A DNA stretch of 64,000 nt from Saprolegnia diclina VS20 (GCF_000281045.1 NW_008246112.1:325436-389435), one strand, 5' to 3'. Counted from the stretch's first letter, positions 35,755-49,101 are shown. Notes: generated from the letters alone by a model not told the origin. Numbers and translations: made by a program.

Positions 35755-36766
35755 TTATCGTTTTACGTGCAGTTTTGGGCTCTGAAAGTGTGTGTTGTGG
35801 TGATTTGTGGTGAGCATCGACTCTAGAACCGACGAGCTCACGCTGCTGCGCAAGACGTCGAGGCGCGACGGCGCCGCCAAGTTGGGCTGCGACTCGGTGT
35901 TTTTGGTCGCGATTGAGTTGCGCAAGCACGATTTGACTTGGCGGATCTGCCGCTCAATGTCCATCTTGCGCACCGCGCGCATGCGCAACGACGGATCGCC
36001 ATCAATGAGGTCGAGCGACCGGCGGCCCCTCGGCTTCAACGCGGCTTCGAGTCGGTCTTGCTCGAGCTTTTGCAGCACGGGCGCGCCCGATGCGTAGCTC
36101 AAGCCTTTGCGTAGCGGGTGGTACGGTTGGAGCGGTCGGGGTGGCGCGTCCCGTTCGCGCGTCGGCGGGAGCTCGAGGAGGATCGACGATGGCGGCTGTC
36201 GCAGCCCCTCGACCACGTGGAGCTGGGCTGTAGTCGAGGCATCTATACTCGTACTTCACAGCCGCGTTGGCCGAGTAGGAGGTACCTAAGAGTGCGTCGG
36301 ACGGGTGGTCGAGCGCGAGGTTGATCCGGTCGTTCTCGAGGTCCCGCAGTGCGATTGGAATCGAGTGCAGCGGTGGCGCCGCAAAGTGCAAAACGGCTTG
36401 GGGCCGGCGACTCGCCGCGTCCGTATGGGAATTGCTGTGCACGGGAAGGCTGGCGCTTGGTGACTCGTCTGGCTTGGGCCGCGGTGGCCGGCGACAAAGA
36501 CTTGCCGATTTGGAGCTTTCGTCCTTGGGCTTCTCTTCTGCTTTGAGCCTGGCTTCGCGCTGGAGGCGCCGGAGCGCGTCTCGCTGGGCTTTGAGCGCGG
36601 CCTCCTTTTCAGTGATGGCGAGTGGGCGGGACCAATCGTCGAGCACGAGCAGGTCGAGCTGGTCGTCAATGTCGGGCTCGCACCACCCGTTGAGATCCAA
36701 GTCGTCGGTCTCGTCGTCGTCGTCGGTGGGCAGCGGTGGGTCCGTCCCACGCACTTTGCTCCGCAT
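35755..36766 (-). CDS. Hypothetical protein with coiled-coil segment, at least 1 intron (about 36243-36285)
   Basis: Coding-like codon bias; a GT-AG intron joins the 36766 ORF to the 35755 ORF in frame. Confidence 0.55.
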
Positions 36767-37561
36767 CGTGGCGCTTTTTGCAAGCGCTATTTTCGGCGAG
36801 AACCCACGGGTTTATATAAGGTTCTTGGCGCGTGCTCTTTGTAGTATGCAACGGAAGAAGAGTCGGGCACGCTGGGCTCATGACCATATTTGCTTCTACT
36901 TCTTGTGCGAGAGACGAAAGCGTTGTGAGTCGTCGGACTTGATGCAACTCTGCACCGAGTCGTGATCAAGTACCTCCCGAGTGAGTTGGGTAGGAGCCAT
37001 GGGTTCGAGTCGGTCGTTGGGACTGCGTGGTACGCTTGTCGACGTCATGGAAGCGGCAAGTGCTTTCGCCAGACAAGTTGTCTTGTTGCGTGCATCGAGC
37101 ATGTCTTTGCCCTAGCCCTCACAACTAAATACCAAAGCTTCTGGGCTACCAATAAGCAAGGAAACACGAGCACGTGCGTCCTTGGCTGTCAACTGCAGAT
37201 TTTACATCACAATAGTTGCGGTCTCCAATACGGACAACATCTTCTTCAGTATGCACACGGCTTTGAGAAAGAGAAGAAAGCGCTGCGATACTGCTGCTAC
37301 AGTGACGCAGTCGAGCACAGAAGACGTCGATTGCCTCCGAATATACGCACAATAAGTTAAACATCGAGCATGCTGTGGGCTACGAGTAGGGCCAGACGCG
37401 GTTCAGACCAGGGTGCAGCTCCTGAAGCGTCTTCTTGCTCGACTTGACGGGCTTGATTGGCGCCGCATTCTTGGACAGACAGCTCGGCTGCAGCGGATCG
37501 GTGCTGGGCACCACTTCGTCTGGGATCGTATCGGCACCAAAATCGACTAGACTCAATAGTA

Positions 37562-37909
37562 CTAAACATCTAGTTGCACCATTCGCCTACCTTTGGCAAT
37601 GTACGTGGTCCAGTCCCCGTCGGCGGGCGACCATCCACTCGGGTTGCGCGCGCCAGCATTCGCGTTGCTGTATATCCTCGGCACGGCGAGCTTGTACATG
37701 TGAAGCCGACCGGCGTCCACGAGGCTCGAGATGCGCGGCGGTGACGGCGGTGCGTCGTCCGTGCGCACGGGCGGTGGCGCCGGTTTGGGCTTGTGCCTCT
37801 GTCGCTGTGGCCACGTGGATGCGAGACCGAGCGTCTCGTCATCGTTGCTCCAGCCAGAGAGGACAAAGTCTTCGAGCGCGTCGGGCGTCGCAAGCCGGTC
37901 CTTGGTCAT
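37562..37909 (-). CDS. Hypothetical protein, probably the first exon of a longer spliced gene
   Basis: 115-aa ORF with plausible composition, a GT donor near its end and coding-like sequence downstream. Confidence 0.35.
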   Translation of the reverse strand: MTKDRLATPDALEDFVLSGWSNDDETLGLASTWPQRQRHKPKPAPPPVRTDDAPPSPPRISSLVDAGRLHMYKLAVPRIYSNANAGARNPSGWSPADGDWTTYIAKGRRMVQLDV

Positions 37910-39443
37910 TCAAACCGAGCAGCAGGTATACCATAAATACATTGTCACTGTGTCAACCACCGAAAAACGCCTCTGCACGCTGCCGACGGATTGGTGCAGA
38001 AGGCTCCTTGTTGAAGCTTCTTGGACTCCAGCGAGGACGCCATGCGGTGGGAACGCGTCGAGTACGAAGAAGATGGCGATGCAAGAGGACTCTCACAGCA
38101 CAACTCGACAATGAAGAAATGGGGAATCAAGGAAGAAAGACGGAATATGAAACACAAAACCCATTATTGGCAGTATTCGTTGTTGTTTATTGAGAGAGAG
38201 GCTCCACGAATGTGGGTTTAGTGAAGCTATGGAGCTGAGCTCCGAGAGGTGGCGGAGCCCGTTCGCGCAGCACGCGAGCTGGTCGAGGTGGGGCCCAACG
38301 TGCACGTCTGGAGGGCAGTGGCGCTGCGACAGGCACCAGCAGGGTGAAGGCGGCGAGGTTGCCGTCGCACATAGGGAGCACCGCCATCACAACCCGCCGG
38401 GGTCGTCTGCACGTACTCCGTGTGAGGTCCGACGCGGCGAGCGCACCAGAAACGCCAAGAGAGTCGAAAAGACAGCGTCGTTGCACGTGAGGCGCTGGTT
38501 GACAGCTTCCAGCTGCTGGATTCCAGATGGTTTTTCAATTGCACCTGGGGTGCCTGGGGTCCTGCATGTCGCCCGCGATGAAGACGTAGCGCTCGGCGCA
38601 GCGAGCCGCGGTCGATGGGGGCTCACCGCCGTACGCCTCGCACAACAGTTGTGCAGAGGTCATAACGACACAAGCGCTGCACGTACTCCAGCGTGATTTT
38701 ACTGCTGCAAAGGTACGCGGGCAGCATCGGATTGGCTGCCGCCCAGCATCGGACCCTGCCATTGCTTCATCGAGCTTTTCCTTAAGCTCGTTTTTACATT
38801 GGTGGGATCCAGCGCCCTGTCGCTCTCGGAGCTACAAGTAGTCAAACGTGCATGGAGCCAGCCAAACATGCATCGAACGTGTAGATCACGGACCTTACGG
38901 TACCGGTAGTCAACGCTGACATCTCATGCGCCAAGGACAAACGCCTGCACCACTAGCGTACTATGGTTGATCCGTTGTAGAGAGAAGACTGCGCTAACTT
39001 ACAGAGCGATCGGTGGGCTGTAGACGACGCTACTCCGAGGTGCACTGCCTGTCCAGTTCCGGAGCGCTCGTGTGGTGCCACGTCATGAATTCCGGATATG
39101 TTGGGAATGTTCAAGCATCCGGACGACGTTGTGTGCAAGTCGATAGATTGATACTTACCATCAACTATGGAAGTTCTTGTCGAGTGGCATCGCTCGACCA
39201 TAGCAAGATCGATGCGCGTCTGCCTGATCATGCGACGACGACGACCTGTGCAAAGTCGACGCTCGCAGCCATAGCCCGACGCGTAAATGGTGCTTTTGGC
39301 AGGCGCCAAGCAGTAGGCGCCGTGCCGGTGCTGTCCGAGACTGAAAAAGCCCGGCGACAAGAGACGTACTCGTACATACTGTAGACTGATGAACGAGGCT
39401 CCCTCGGTAATAGATAACGTTAATCCTACAACGATGACAGGTA

Positions 39444-40631
39444 CTACGAAGTTCGTTTGGCGTCTCCTTGGTCGTCGTCGCCGTCGTCCGAGTCCTCTTC
39501 GTCGTCGTCGCCATCCTCGTCGTCGTCGTCGTCAAGCTCGGACGAGCTTGTATACGTCAGCTTGAGGTTGCACTCGCTTGCGTCCAAGTCCTTATCGAGC
39601 GCGTCCGCGTCGACCAGCTCAAACTCGGAGGCAAAGTCGCGCGTCGCCGACGTTCGGAGGAGACCGTCCTTGGGCTGCACGCCCACGTACCACCGGCGCA
39701 GTCGGCGCGATTGGAGCTCACCGTTGTACGCATACTCGAAGCGGAAGAGGTTCTCGCGGTGGTAGATGCGGGGCCGAATGAGCTTGACGCACTTGGCCTT
39801 GGAGCACACGAGGCGGCCGCTCGAGACGTCCTCGAACGTGACCTTCATCGTGTTGATGTCCGTCTGCTCGGCGCGCGCATAGAACGGCGACGGAAGGTTG
39901 CGCAGGAGCGGCTCGGTCTCGGCCAAGTCGACTTCGACGACGTACAAGAGGTTGCCGCGGACTTGAACGTACTTGGTCGTGTCCTTGAGCTTGAGATAGA
40001 CGCGCCGCCGCTGGTTCGTGCTTGGGTCGAGACTGTTCAGACGCGTGCAAAGCGTCTCGAGTGTCAATCGGTACTCGTCCTTGAGCTTGTGGACCTGCGA
40101 GACGAGCGAGTCGAGGTGCTGCGACACGGACCGCTGCCGCTCGTACGGGATCGACGTTGGCCCGGACGTAAAAATCTGCTTTGCAAAGAGCCGACCGGTC
40201 TTGCACCAGTTGGCAACGTGCTCGCAGTTGAGGCTAAGAATGTTAAAGTGGCCGCGGCCGGCGCCGAGGAGGAACTGGCAGCGCGCAAGGACCACCGGCG
40301 GAATGTCGGAAGCCGACCGGTGCACTTCGCCGAGCTTGGAGATCGTGTCGCCGAGGATCGACGAGTTGTACTGGACGCGGCGGAGGTACTTCATCGAGCG
40401 GCCATCCAAGAACTGCGTCAGCGTTGTGAGGCGGAAGCACGAGTCGGCCTGCGACTCGGCAAAGTTCTGGAGCGGGCTCCACGTGTGGGCCACGATGACA
40501 TCGTCCGGCGTCTCGCCGCGCGTGTAGACGATGCCATGGTGCGAGTATGTGATGGGCCATCGGCCAAAGTCCCAGATGCAGATCTGGTCGGCGGTCTGGA
40601 GCGTCGAGACGTGGTAGACGGCCGAGTTCAT
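39444..40631 (-). CDS. LRAT/NC-domain (permuted NlpC/P60) protein with C-terminal beta-rich domain and acidic tail
   Basis: YSHHGIVY and FNILSLNCEHVANWCKTG catalytic motifs. Confidence 0.85.
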   Translation of the reverse strand: MNSAVYHVSTLQTADQICIWDFGRWPITYSHHGIVYTRGETPDDVIVAHTWSPLQNFAESQADSCFRLTTLTQFLDGRSMKYLRRVQYNSSILGDTISKLGEVHRSASDIPPVVLARCQFLLGAGRGHFNILSLNCEHVANWCKTGRLFAKQIFTSGPTSIPYERQRSVSQHLDSLVSQVHKLKDEYRLTLETLCTRLNSLDPSTNQRRRVYLKLKDTTKYVQVRGNLLYVVEVDLAETEPLLRNLPSPFYARAEQTDINTMKVTFEDVSSGRLVCSKAKCVKLIRPRIYHRENLFRFEYAYNGELQSRRLRRWYVGVQPKDGLLRTSATRDFASEFELVDADALDKDLDASECNLKLTYTSSSELDDDDDEDGDDDEEDSDDGDDDQGDAKRTS

Positions 40632-41624
40632 ATCGCGTGCGCAAAGCAAGCCAAGTTGGCGACTGCCCTGTGGCCGCTTCATTTTTTTACACAAAATCAG
40701 CCAAAGCACTTGGCGTTTCTATTCCGCGTGCGAAAAATGGTATTTTATTAGCCGCCGCCGCGACTAACGGCGACGCGCTATTTTTTCGAAAGATTTAATT
40801 CCGCCTATGGCGCGCTATCGCAGGACCGATATTTTTATTACGCCGCAACCTGTCACACCTGCGAACTGGCCCGCGGACCCAGGAGATGGACCAACACCCA
40901 ACGGCGTCGGGCCGGTGGTTTGCAGCGACAGTAAGTCGTAGTAGTTACTACAACCCGACCCAGCGCGTCGACACGATCGTAGATACCTCTATCTTCGCCA
41001 TCGTCGTTGGTTATTATTTGTACCAGTGCGCTAGTCGAAGGCATGCATTGCTGGCGGCGCCGACGAGGCGACATGCACAGCAGTGGTCGGTCGCGCCATG
41101 TGGATCTTGCGTTTCTAGATCTTGTGACGCGGCGGCGTCGTCAGGGCAGCTGCGACCATTTGTCTCGGTCCGCGCTCGCGGCAAGCTACTGCAACCAAGA
41201 ACCAAGAACGGATGAGCGCCATCGCGCGGCCTGTCCAAGACGTACTGGTATACACTGGTTCAGGGGTGCGTGCGCGCGACGATGGCGCCAGGTCGAGAGG
41301 AAAAGGATGTCGGGTACACGCATCATTTGCTTGATGGGAGGAAAGACCATCCAAGATCAACTTCAATGACGTGACGCAGCCGGGAGCCAACGTCGTCGTC
41401 GACGCAACCTTTGGACGCAGAACACAGAACCAAGAAGAAGAGAGGATGCTACCCATGAGAAGCCTCGTGGTGGGCAGCAGCTACTGCACCAGCCAGAGCA
41501 ACTCGACGCAGTATCCTGCTCCAGCTCCTCGAATTTCGCCAAATCGGATCGCGCGGTTTGAAATCTTTTGCTTTTCATCCAATCGGATGCCAGATGCGCT
41601 TGCCACCGTAATTTTTCAGCAAGT

Positions 41625-42359
41625 ATGCTTGGTGGACGTGGCGGCGGTGGTGGCCGGGGCGGGCGCGGTGGCGTGAGCGCCGGCGACTGGATCTGCCCGA
41701 CCGAGGGCTGTGGCAACATCAACTTTGCTCGCCGCCTCGAGTGCAATCGGTGCTTCAAGCCCCGCGCCGACGCGCCGAAAGGCAAGCCCGAGAAGACCGG
41801 GCTCTTTGGCCCGGGCGACTGGGCGTGCGGCAAGTGCGGCAACATGAACTGGGAGCGGCGTAACGAGTGCAACATCTGCAAGAACCCCAAGACGACGCTC
41901 GGCCCGGAAGAGAAGCGTGACGGCGCGGGCGGCGGCTTCAACGAGCGCCAAGAACGCATGGCGTCCTCCAAGCGCGAGGTTGACGAAGATGGCTACGACG
42001 ACTTTGGTATGCGCCGCCCGTCCGTCAAGTCGAGCAAGGCCGAGCGCGAAGCCGCAGCTCTCGCCCGTCTAAAGCAATCGTACAGTGGCATCTACGACAA
42101 CGACCACGGGCCGGCCGACGACCACGTCCGCCCCAAGGAAACGACATCTGCCGACAGCGAGCAGTCGCCCGCCAAGCCGCGACGCGAGCGCGATGCGCGC
42201 CGGGACCGCGACGAGCCTCGATCCACCAAGCAGCGAAGCCGGAGCCGCGACCGCCCGAGCGACCGACGCAGCCGCAGTCGTGACCGTCAGCGCAGCCGGA
42301 GCCGCGATCGCCAGCGTAGCCGGTCCCGCGGCCGCAACGATCGCTCGTCTCGGCGATAA
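41625..42359 (+). CDS. RanBP2-type zinc finger protein (2 fingers) with RGG and RS-rich tail, ZRANB2-like
   Basis: [24 protein letters not shown] and [22 protein letters not shown]; (RSRSRDR)n tail. Confidence 0.9.
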   Translation: MLGGRGGGGGRGGRGGVSAGDWICPTEGCGNINFARRLECNRCFKPRADAPKGKPEKTGLFGPGDWACGKCGNMNWERRNECNICKNPKTTLGPEEKRDGAGGGFNERQERMASSKREVDEDGYDDFGMRRPSVKSSKAEREAAALARLKQSYSGIYDNDHGPADDHVRPKETTSADSEQSPAKPRRERDARRDRDEPRSTKQRSRSRDRPSDRRSRSRDRQRSRSRDRQRSRSRGRNDRSSRR

Positions 42360-42650
42360 GCACGCAACATGCAAGTGTTTGTCTCGCCGAACTCTACTTT
42401 GACTTGGCGTCCTCCGGCCCTTTCCTCCTCCGCAGCCATCATGCACGACGTGGCCACACATCCGCAGCTTGGCTTCGCACACCGCCTGCCATCAAGTGAA
42501 ATACTGGGTTGGGCTATTTGTGGTCGTACGCGTCTACTTCTACTGCTACTCGCACATCCTGTCTGCCTGCTCTTCTTCATGTGTGGGTCTGTCGTTAAGG
42601 CCGCGCGTGGCATATGTGGCGGCGCTGAGAGGATCTCGAGTGCACGCACC

Positions 42651-44747
42651 TCACGAGTTGACAAAGAACGGGTTGCGCGTCACGACGCGGGTGGTGGGCG
42701 GCGGCGGGCGGCGGTCGTCCGGCTGAAAAAACATGCTCAAGCTCGACACTTGGTGTGCATACCGCGCGCCTTCCTCTTCGACGGCGTTCAAATCTTCCCA
42801 CAGCGGTTGCTTGTCCATATGCGCACGAGACATCGGTGGTGTCGGCGCTTGCTGGCCCCACAACGACGCCTCGGACGAAGCACGAACGCCCGCGCCCAAG
42901 TGCCGGAACGCCGAGAGGTCGACGCTGTTGAACGACGGACTCGATACGAGCGTCGGCGGCGTCGGCGGTTGCTGCGTGTATGTGGACGGCTGGAACACAA
43001 TGACTTCGTCGTCGAAGTCCTCCTCGTCTTCGTTGCCAATGTCATCGTCGAACCCGCCGTGCTGGCTGAGGAGACCCATGCTCACGTTGCTGGGCGACGC
43101 GGCCGACCAGCGCGGCGACGTCTCAAACTGGTTCAAGTGCCAGTAAAGGTACACGCGTTCCTAATATACACACTGAGCAAAGCCCGACAATATGAGATCA
43201 TACATACCTCGTCACCAATCGGCTTGGTGAGGCGGCGGCCAAAGCCAACCAAGTTGGCACAGCGCACGTGCAGCGCATCGGTCTCCGAGAGGAGCTCGTT
43301 GGCTCTGATATAGGAGCCGTCCAAGGGCGCAAAGCAGCGCAACTCGTGCATTTCCTTGAGCTTTGGCTTCCACGCGAGCGCGTCCGGGTCGTCGTGGTCC
43401 AAGCAAAGGCTGTTGAGCACGCACGCCAGCGCTTCGAGAAACGGGGCTGTCTCGACAGACGCGAGTAGCTCCAGCCGCGGATGCAAGTAGTCAGCCATGA
43501 CACTCACGGGCCCGAGCAGCGCTGTCGTCTTGTCCCGGTTCTCGTCCACATACTGAAGCGTCGTTGTGAGTAGCAGCAACGCAAGCCGCAGTGCATGCGT
43601 GCGCATCGTGCCCACTGAGGTGTGGAGGCAGTGCATGTTGATGGCGCAGAGCTTGAGCAAGAGAGCGTCGCCAATGACGCCGGCGGACAACAAGAGCTTG
43701 TAGTCATCGCCGACCGCATCTTCGAGGTCCAAGGGGTACGTGGTCGGGTCGACAGCGTCGCCACCCGGCGAGAGAAAATGACCATGAAGCCGCGTGAGAC
43801 GATGGAGAAAGCTCTTGAGGAAGGCCGACTTGTCCTTTGGCGACGACGTACTCGCGATCGGCGGGAGATGCGCCGGCATCGGGCGCTGCCGCGCCCGTTC
43901 AAAGAGCAACGCAAGGTTTTCAGCCGCGGTAGCAAACGGCTGGGGCACGAGGAGGCTGCGGCAGTACCGGTACACCTACATATGTCGTTGATATGGGTAC
44001 GCAAGCAGGCAAGAACGTACAGCGATCGTCTCGGCTTCAACGTACGTCGCAAGGACAGCAAGCTGGTTGTGCGGGTTGCCGTTCTCGGGCATCACAGCGA
44101 GCGCGCGGTGGTAGAAGCTCTCGGCGGCGGCAAAGTTCTTTTTGGCTTTCTGGCTGTGCAGCTCGCGGTACCGGGCAATGTCGCCGAGGAAGATGAGACA
44201 CCGGAACATGCTCTGGAGCACGGCGTCGCTGGACGGGCCGGCCGCGAACGCGTCGTGGAGCTTCTCGTAGTACGCCGACGCGCTGTCGAGGAAGGACTGG
44301 AACTGCAGCGAGACCTGGAAGAAGTGCTCGCGCACGCGCCGGTCGCCGTTTGAGGCCGCTGCATACTACTCGAGGATGAGGGCAAAGCTATGCGTGGAGA
44401 CGACGTACCTTGCGAATGCTGCGACGGAAGCTCTCGATGCACTTGTAGAAGCACGGCTTCCAAAGCACTTCCTCGGTCTTCTTGGACGCCGAGTCCGCCG
44501 GGTACGACGACGTGTAGTGGAGCGCCTTCTCGAGCAGGCTACACACGATGACTGAGCTCTATACGAGTAGTCGCAATGGAATCATGTACCTTAGGCGAAG
44601 CGGGTCGTCCGGGATGCATGGCGCACCGTTCTTGAGGCTCTCGCGGAGCAAGCGCTCGCTGGCGGCAACGTCCCTAGCACCGCCTGCCATGAGCCAGGAT
44701 CGCCAGGATCGCCATGATGCTTACTTGTACAGAGACGACGAGACCAT
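42651..44747 (-). CDS. EST1/SMG7-like (SMG5/6/7 family) TPR protein, multi-exon
   Basis: LWKPCFYKCIE, CLIFLGDIARYRE, AESFYHRALAVMPENGNPHNQLAVLATY, YRYCRSL..PFATAAENL; start codon inferred. Confidence 0.85.
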
Positions 44748-46157
44748 GAGGAAGCTGGTAGATGCGCTACCCGTCGGCTGTCGGAAGAGGAGGTCGGCGA
44801 TGGGCCGAGGGCGAAGGTGACGTTGGTCGAAGTCCACGGAAGCGCCCGCTCACGACTTCGGATATTCGATTGGTGAAGGTCTTATACCTGTGAAAATGAA
44901 TATCCGGTTGTTTTGAATACGTACAACCTCTAGCAATGCATCTTTGGCGACGTGCAAAGAGACGCGATCTTGTGCGGAGGCAGGTAGAGGCGAGAATACG
45001 TACGACGACCTCGCTCGTTGCACAGACTTGGGAGACCCCCAATACGACTTTGGATGGCTTGGGTTACATGCGTGGCCCATCTGGTTCGGACAAGCAGCTC
45101 CGGGCTCTGTCTTTTGGTGCGTAAATGGCTCCATGGCGTGTCGGTGTGGGCTTGTGGACACGGTGGGCGTCTTGCCACCACGAGGTCAGTCCGCGCAACC
45201 TCATACCTTTCGGTTCTAATCGCTAATGGGTGTGGAGCTATACATATATGCGTGGGGATATCCACTCGAGGTCCCAAAGTGTACATGATTGTCCATAGGT
45301 AACGGTCATTTGATTTGTAACTGCCGCGAAGAAGGGTTGACCACGGATTATATACAGCTATGTATACGGACGGCCCTTCGATTTGACGGCTTCTTTGATG
45401 CAACAAGATCGTAAAAAGATTTTGGGTTGTGACCAAGGTCCAGCGCAATGAGACGATCGAGCGGGGGGTCTGCGCCAAGCGCATCGATCCAGCGGCCCAC
45501 AACCCCTGTCGACGCCAACGACGCTCGTGGCGAGAGAAGTCTGTCGGAGATGGCGCATGGAACTTCTGGCCACGAAGCGAGCCGTGCCCAATTCTTGAGG
45601 CAAGAGTGGTCGTGCTTGGAACGATGCAGTCTCCACGTCCCACCGAATTCCACCTCCATCATCAGCGTGTCTCCTGTCGAACACGCGTCCGGCGCGCGCC
45701 ATAACCACGTGCGGCCATGGTCGAATGGTCGACCACATTTGCACACATCCCCACCCATCGCGTATCGGGTTTCGAATCATCCGAGTCGCTTGGATAGGCA
45801 TACATTCTCCTTCCTTGCGTGTCCGTCTTCTGTCGCCACCGCGTTGGAATCTTGGAAATGGCTGAAATCGCCCGACAGCCGCATGTGGGCAGCAGGCAAC
45901 CGGCCAATATGCAAGCATTTCTATCGAACGCAAGCTTGGGACAGCGCCGGCGATGGCGCCACCGCGCGCGCCTGGCCTCTGTGCATAAACCGTCGCGTCG
46001 ACAACTGCCTTTTTCCGGATAAGTGCAATCTGAGCGCACAGCGCGCAAGTGCCGCGCGCGTGACTCACGGCGTTGCGGCCGATTTTGGTATCCGGATCGG
46101 ACTAAGATACCTTTGCACATTGGGCGCATTTCCGAGTTGGCGTCGTCGAACACAGAT

Positions 46158-47132
46158 ATGCTCCAGCTCTCGTGGGTGCGCCAGCTCACGCACTCGGCGC
46201 GGTCCGAGGTCCACGTGTGCCACGCCGACAGCCTCGGCGCCGACGTCGTCCTCAAGTGCATGGACGCCCAGCGCGTCTATGCGCGGGGCGAAGACGACCT
46301 CTTTGCCGAGCCCCGCGTACACAAGCGCCTCACGAAGCGCGGGCACCCCAACATTCTACGTCTCCTCGGCGAAGGCCGAAGCAACAACAGCGTCGAGATG
46401 GTCCTCGAATATTGCGCCCACGGGTCGCTCTTTGACGTGCTCAGCGCGGCGCCGCAGCAGCAGTTCGAGCCCGCGACCGCGCGTGTCTTTTTCGACATGA
46501 TTGTCTCGGGGCTAAGCTTCATGCACAACGAAGGGTATGCGCACCGCGACCTGTCGCTCGAAAACATCCTCGTCGACGACGACCATATGTGCAAACTCGC
46601 CGACTTTGGCGACGCGATCGGCGTCGACTTGGTGCGCACCGACCGCGCCGGAAAGCTCTTTTACATGGCGCCGGAAGTCTACAACGGCGAGTACTACATC
46701 CCCGGCGAGGCCGACATGTGGAGCCTTGGCATCATCCTCTTCACGATGCTCACGGGCCACCCGGTGTTCTTCAAGGCGCACGAGTCGGACCCGAACTACG
46801 CCATCTTGCTGGACGAGGGCCTCGAGGTGCTCGTCCACAAGCTCAACATGGCCCATTTGATCCCATCGATGGAAATGGAGATCTTGGAACAGCTGCTCGA
46901 GATTGACCCGGAAGAACGCATGACGATGGACGAACTGCTAGCGCACGAGTATGTGGCCGCCGTCTTGCCACAGCCGACTAGCATCTTGCCGGCACTGCGC
47001 TCCAGTCCGTCGTCGACCAAGGTCGTGCGCACCCAACGCGGGTACCGGTACCACCCGTACGACGCGCGAGCAAACGCGGCCAAGCACCGACGCGCCCGAA
47101 AGTTTGAAGCGCTCTTGTTCAACCTACTCTAG
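46158..47132 (+). CDS. Ser/Thr protein kinase (CAMK-like), intronless
   Basis: VVLK, HPNI, HRDLSLEN, DFG, GKLFYMAPE, DMWSLG. Confidence 0.92.
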   Translation: MLQLSWVRQLTHSARSEVHVCHADSLGADVVLKCMDAQRVYARGEDDLFAEPRVHKRLTKRGHPNILRLLGEGRSNNSVEMVLEYCAHGSLFDVLSAAPQQQFEPATARVFFDMIVSGLSFMHNEGYAHRDLSLENILVDDDHMCKLADFGDAIGVDLVRTDRAGKLFYMAPEVYNGEYYIPGEADMWSLGIILFTMLTGHPVFFKAHESDPNYAILLDEGLEVLVHKLNMAHLIPSMEMEILEQLLEIDPEERMTMDELLAHEYVAAVLPQPTSILPALRSSPSSTKVVRTQRGYRYHPYDARANAAKHRRARKFEALLFNLL

Positions 47133-47191
47133 TCGTCTCTCGTAGTATCGTCTTTGTGTGTCCTAAGTTATCCAACTCGTGTGCTCAATTT

Positions 47192-48789
47192 TCATTCATT
47201 TGGTGTTTGCATCGGAGCCGGCGGTGCCAGAGAAGACGGCGCCAGCAGCTGCCGCATCTTGGCCACCAAACGCGCCTCGAGGTCGGACGGCGACGCCACC
47301 GCAAAGAGAAAGCCACCAGGCGCAAAGTGCGCTGCGTCCAAGTGCACGTGGCTCGTGGACGCTTGCACCATGGCCGTGACCGCCGTCGCGATCAAGGGCA
47401 CATATTCCGTGTACGCGCGATGGCCGCGGAGGAGCGAGAGTGGCGTCAGGCGATGTGGGTGCAGCGCCTGCAGCTTCTCCAGCCCGGCCACAAGCACGCG
47501 GTCAATACCGTCTTCGTACGTTCGATCCAAGCTCGTCTTTGTAAGCGAGCAATACTTGAGTGCGGTCGTCGCCACGTCAACGACAAGAACGAGCTCGAAA
47601 GCAACGTCGTCTTCAGCGTCGAGACCCGGTCGCGTCAGCACGAAAGCCCGGCCACGAAGCGCGCACTTGAACCCGAGCGGCTTCCAGAGGCTGCTGCGCA
47701 AGATGACACTCGAGATTGCGCACTGGCTCAGGTCGCCGTCGTCGAGGAGAGGTACGTGGTTGCCATACCGGTACACATGCAGCGGCATCCCTTCATCCGA
47801 CGCCGACGCAGACACCAAAGGGCGGACGTGCGCCAAAACGTTGATGCACACGTCACCAATAGTGTCCTCGACGTGGACAATACCGTCATAGGCGCTGCCC
47901 ACGTCGCACAAGAATCGGTCGATCGGGTCCAGCGGCGTTGGCACGTGCTGCAAGTGCACAGGTTGCCCGAGGTCGCTCGACACGACAACGTCGACTGCGA
48001 GATCGCTTGCTATCGAGTACCGAAGCGCGGAAAAGTACGGCGAGAGCACGCGCATCGCATCGTCCAAGGCCGCGGGATCGGGCAGCGGCAGGTGCAGCCG
48101 GACTTCGGTGCCGGAAAAGGCTTCGTGGGCCTCCGAGATGGCAAACTGTTTGGTCTCGGCAAGGACCGCGCTAACCGAGCTTGCGATGAAGATGCGATAG
48201 CAGGAAAGAGACATCGTGTCTACCTCGCGTTTGAGGCCGCCGTGTCAATGTAGAGCTTGGTCGAGTGAATCTCGCGCGAGTGGAGCGTCGTCGTGACCTG
48301 GAGGCCGCCATGCGATGCGGCGACGTGCTCCTGGGAGTAGAGGAGAGCAGCCTTGAGGCCCAGCCCTATCAAGCACAGGCAGGATCGTACGCATGCTGGG
48401 TGGAGACGACGTTCGACGAACCAAACTTGCCAATCTGGCCGACGCCCTTGGTCGTGGCAAAGACGCCGCCGCAGAGCTGCGCGATGTGGTTCACGTGCAT
48501 GCCCGTGCCTACATCATAGTCTCGTATCCATACCAACAAGAGCGTGTACCGTTGTCGGTGCAGACGACTTCGAGGTAGTCGCCGTTCCGGCGCAGGTGGA
48601 GCCGGATCATCCCGTTGTCCCCGACCGCGTCGAGCGCTGTGGGCCATGAGCTGTGGCCGCATACACATGGCAGGTACCATTCTCGAAGAGCTCCTTGACC
48701 GTCTGGACGAGCGCTGCCCGCGGACTCCCAAAGCCGAGGACCTCGAGGTGGTCATGGACGAACTGCGCTGGCGCCGGCTGCCGGATCAT
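47192..48789 (-). CDS. TOP6B: DNA topoisomerase VI subunit B-like (GHKL ATPase + transducer), multi-exon
   Basis: Spliced N-terminus PAQFVHDHLEVLGFGSPRAALVQTVKELFENALDA, DNGTGM, GKFGLGLKAALLYSQ, FSGTEV; downstream LWKPLG. Confidence 0.8.
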
Positions 48790-49101
48790 GCGATCTTGTT
48801 GCAATCCCGGACGGTTTCCGGAGTTCAATGGGCATTACGTATTTGTATGGCATACTATATTCTTGTTAATTTACGGGCTCCGTCCAGCCCAGCTCAGGCT
48901 CACCTCGGCGACGCATGGCGCGACCCAGAGCGGGTGCAGATGGCGCTGGAGTCGAGGGTACCCTGAGCTTACTGGTTGTTGTAGCATCACCGTGCACCCC
49001 AGAGGCTTCCAAGGAACTCCGCGGCCCGCCCAGCCTTGTCCGGATACGCTGGAATGCAGCATCCGCATACGTGGCCAGTATCGAATCCTCGACCAAAGAC
49101 G

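Noticed and set aside
39151..39160. ATACTTACC resembling the U1 snRNA 5' end
   Set aside because: Continues with A rather than TG, and no U1 stem-loops or Sm site are evident
38187..39384. Fragmentary coding-like ORFs
   Set aside because: I could not assemble a consistent gene model or recognise a domain
45358..46157. 236-350 aa ORFs upstream of the kinase
   Set aside because: No codon bias or domain motifs; likely promoter or UTR sequence
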